DNA of 37,613 nt from Spirogloea muscicola (lineage: Eukaryota). This document shows positions 36,661 through 37,613 of this stretch, piece by piece (position 1 is the first letter of the stretch; each line of letters begins with the position of its first letter). The stretch lies in assembly GCA_009602725.1 (NCBI GenBank), contig WELB01000019.1:497219-534831 (forward strand). The letters are read 5' to 3'. The notes beneath the pieces were generated by a model, which saw only the letters and a program-made list of their open reading frames with translations, did not search any database and had not been told where the DNA came from. The position numbers were made by a program, and so were the translations under genes.

Positions 36661-36764
36661 AGCCAGAGCACCGTCACGGAAGTGGCGGGGTGGAGTGGGA
36701 GAGAACTCCAGCGCGAGGTGCGCATGACATGAAGGGGTTCGCCAAGTCAAGCGAACATTGTCAG

Positions 36765-37154
36765 GAGAGAGAAGGCGCGCGGGGCGCATGAAATGAAATG
36801 GAGGCAAATTAAAGCCGACACATTGTTCAGGCAGTCTAGGGCAAACTAAACAGGGCTACATAATACGGAAATGGAAACCGAAATGTCAGGAATACATTGT
36901 CAGTAGTAGCAAAAAGAAAGAGCGGCCAGGCTAATTGGTGGCTGGGAGAAGTGCTCGCCCATTGAGAAGTGGGCTGGCAAAGCCAGCCCAAAAAGAATAG
37001 AAGAAAGTGCTCGCCCATCGAGAATAGGGGCTGAAAAACCAGCCCGAAAAAGAATGGACTGTCCAAAGCCAAAGAAAGAAAGAGGTGCCGAAATAGGACT
37101 ACACTACCAAACACTGGGAGAGGCCAGCCCAAGGGAATGGACAAGGTCTGAAGG
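36765..37154 (-). repeat. Module C (36765-36865) plus internally repeated module B (36951-37154)
   Basis: Two tandem gtgctcgcccat.gagaa..gggctg..ccagccc.aaaagaat units, a perfect hairpin gggctggc-aaa-gccagccc at 36971-36989, and matches to 24471-24572 and 36133-36235. Confidence 0.88.
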
Positions 37155-37551
37155 AGCCGGAGTGCTAAGGACTAGCATCTCCGACCTGCGGCTGCTTAGC
37201 TAAGGACTAAGACATCAGCAAGGGGACTTTCAGGGCCTGTTTACACTTGGTCACGCGGTCACGCACGTGCTGACCGCGGGGTCAAGGATTTGGTCACCGC
37301 CACGGAGGCCGAGGCCGCCTGCACTTGCGGTATCACCTCCCAAGCCCCGCCAGGTCGGATTGGCTGCCCGGCGCGCTAGGGCAGCAGCTTCAAACCCCGG
37401 CAGCAGCGCCGCCTCCCCCCGCCTAGTCGAGCGCCCCCGCAGGCGCACGCTCCTCCCTCCTGCTACCGACCAGGCCTGCAGGCATGGGTCCCGAGCGGAG
37501 GCGGATCTGCTGCATCACGATAGCCGTCCTGGCCCGCTGGCAGTTGTGCCC

Positions 37552-37613
37552 GGCGGAGGCGGAGGCGGAGACGGAGGCGGAGGCGGAGGCGGAGGTGGAG
37601 GCGGAGGTGGAGG
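37552..37613. repeat. (GGAGGY)n low-complexity run, possibly a poly-Pro (minus) or poly-Gly (plus) coding tract of a neighbouring gene
   Basis: The hexamer repeat runs to the window end. The minus strand reads P14-S-P6-GTTASGPGRLS* (stop at 37515-37517). Confidence 0.6.

Noticed and set aside
37162..37210. Recurrent GCTAAGG/CCTTAGC words near repeat edges (also ~1070-1150, ~32128, ~36248) as a possible target site
   Set aside because: A 7-mer also seen inside genes, with no consistent spacing to element ends or TSD.

Overview
Intron-rich, GC-rich eukaryotic nuclear DNA. The proteins are plant-like and the organellar insert is of plant-mitochondrial type, so a streptophyte alga or early-diverging streptophyte is inferred. 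Reading exons across GT-AG junctions gives these genes: last exon of HMG-CoA lyase (+), IRE/IREH1-type AGC kinase (-), FLY1/Tul1-type transmembrane RING-H2 E3 ligase (-), a doubtful hypothetical gene (+), EXO1 (-), an orphan glycine-rich/RRM (GRP7-like) exon (-), Cgr1/CCDC86 (+), Rab5-interacting/RAB5IF family protein (+) and plastid-type G6PD (-). EXO1 has a clear U12-type AT-AC intron, the E3 ligase has a probable U12 GT-AG intron, and G6PD has a GC-AG intron. The region ~31.7-37.2 kb is a repeat patchwork: a decayed mitochondrial SSU rRNA fragment (NUMT), 3' ends of a CRE-like RLE non-LTR retrotransposon (three here plus one at ~24.1 kb) and two non-coding modules in both orientations. The best novel candidate is a modular non-autonomous retroelement family whose tail carries a stop-codon-enclosing RNA hairpin with compensatory changes. 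All family assignments come from motif recognition; no database search was run.
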